In this document: positions 31,498 to 32,000 of the stretch, one piece after another
Layout of the letters: each line of letters opens with the position of its first letter
How positions within the stretch are numbered: the first letter of the stretch is position 1
Origin: Pyrolobus fumarii 1A
Lineage (GTDB): Archaea; Thermoproteota; Thermoprotei_A; Sulfolobales; Pyrodictiaceae
Assembly: GCF_000223395.1 (NCBI RefSeq)
Contig: NC_015931.1
Location: 1,170,001 to 1,202,000, forward strand
Reading direction: 5' to 3'
Length of the DNA stretch: 32,000 nucleotides
Notes under the pieces: model-generated
Databases searched by the model: none
The model's input: only the letters and a program-made list of their open reading frames with translations
What the model was told of the DNA's origin: nothing
Translations under genes and position numbers: made by a program

Positions 31498-32000
31498 GGA
31501 GGACCTCATACCACTGCTTCTAGGGTTCACCGCTGTCAACGGCGACCTACGATTGTACACGCAGTATCTGTCAAGCTTATGTCACAATGGTAGGGGAGGG
31601 TCACGCAGGGTAGCCTGCAGGTTCCTAGAGCACATGGCTACCGTCAAGGAGCCTCTCCTCGCTCTCGAGAAGCTATCGAAGGAGCTTGGCGGAAGCGGAG
31701 CACTACTCAACGAGATTGTGAGGTCTCTACGGCTTGGTGTAGAGCCTGCCGAAGTTGCAGAGAGACTCGTTGAGAGGATAATAGCGAGGGTGCGAGCAAA
31801 AGCCGAGCTAGTCGACGATATAGCCAAGGCAATGCTAGAGGTACTGGCCCTAGTCTCTACCGTACTGACATTCTCTATACTCATGAGTGGTTTTCTTCTT
31901 GGCGGCGGCGCGGGTATCCAACTAGCAGCGTTTATACTAGCCGGTATAGTGGGCCTAGCCGCAATGTTCACACCAAGCGTCGTGAGACTCAGCGCTCCGC
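31448..32000 (+). CDS. TadC/FlaJ-like (T2SS-F family) pilus platform membrane protein, 3' end outside the window
   Basis: This ORF is not in the ORF track because it has no stop in the window. The frame is open from 31430 to the window end, with ATG at 31448 overlapping the ATPase end by 50 nt. It encodes a soluble helical part (LSKELGGSGALLNEIVRSLRLGVEPAEVAERL) followed by a TM helix (VLALVSTVLTFSILMSGFLLGG), as in T2SS-F domains. Confidence 0.6.
   Translation, partial: MLLVSSLPLLLRLLVSEEDLIPLLLGFTAVNGDLRLYTQYLSSLCHNGRGGSRRVACRFLEHMATVKEPLLALEKLSKELGGSGALLNEIVRSLRLGVEPAEVAERLVERIIARVRAKAELVDDIAKAMLEVLALVSTVLTFSILMSGFLLGGGAGIQLAAFILAGIVGLAAMFTPSVVRLSAP

Noticed and set aside
31582-31971. The 129-aa minus-strand ORF listed in the track.
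   Set aside because: It is antisense to the open plus-strand frame that encodes a TadC/FlaJ-like protein in the expected operon position. Its translation is Ser/Ala/Pro-rich with no motif.
1-32000. A search by eye for CRISPR repeats, IS elements or transposases, integrases, tRNA and rRNA genes.
   Set aside because: I saw no regularly spaced direct repeats, no transposase- or integrase-like ORF, no T-loop (GGTTCRAATCC) or rRNA signature. Absence by eye is not proof; tRNAscan/Infernal/CRISPR finders should confirm.

Overview
This 32-kb segment reads as chromosome from a hyperthermophilic crenarchaeon, probably Desulfurococcales/Pyrodictiaceae-like; the species cannot be named from sequence alone. 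Supporting evidence: topoisomerase VI, archaeal-type GAPDH/PGK, a PaREP1 protein, a pilin with a class III signal peptide, an E-type (CCG-domain) succinate dehydrogenase/fumarate reductase, C/D box sRNA-like elements, many GTG/TTG starts and 4-nt gene overlaps. Gene order, left to right: (1) PaREP1 (5' partial), a membrane protein, prephenate dehydratase, a small membrane protein, and a vapBC pair whose PIN toxin is frameshifted. (2) A 669-aa PP-loop (PAPS-reductase-like)/Fe-S/ferredoxin fusion. (3) A ~1.2-kb island at ~40% GC with one orphan ORF whose N-terminus looks like an Hjc-type PD-(D/E)xK nuclease. (4) A tightly packed minus-strand operon, fumA-abfD-OFOR(alpha,beta,gamma,delta), divergent from sdh/frdABC; this looks like a dicarboxylate/4-hydroxybutyrate carbon-fixation cluster. 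(5) A THUMP-SPOUT fusion, DUF89, Usp, pgk-gap, a FucI-like protein, nadC, an ASCH protein and a Zn-ribbon protein. (6) top6B-top6A-deoC. (7) A minimal type IV pilus locus (pilin, ATPase, TadC-like, running off the window). I found no rRNA, tRNA, CRISPR array or IS element. Best second-look items: the low-GC nuclease island, two previously unflagged C/D box sRNA candidates (one with a guide complementary to the 23S peptidyl-transferase-centre strand), the carbon-fixation supercluster, the frameshifted VapC, and a DUF89 gene with no in-frame canonical start codon. All calls come from reading motifs by eye; no searches were run.
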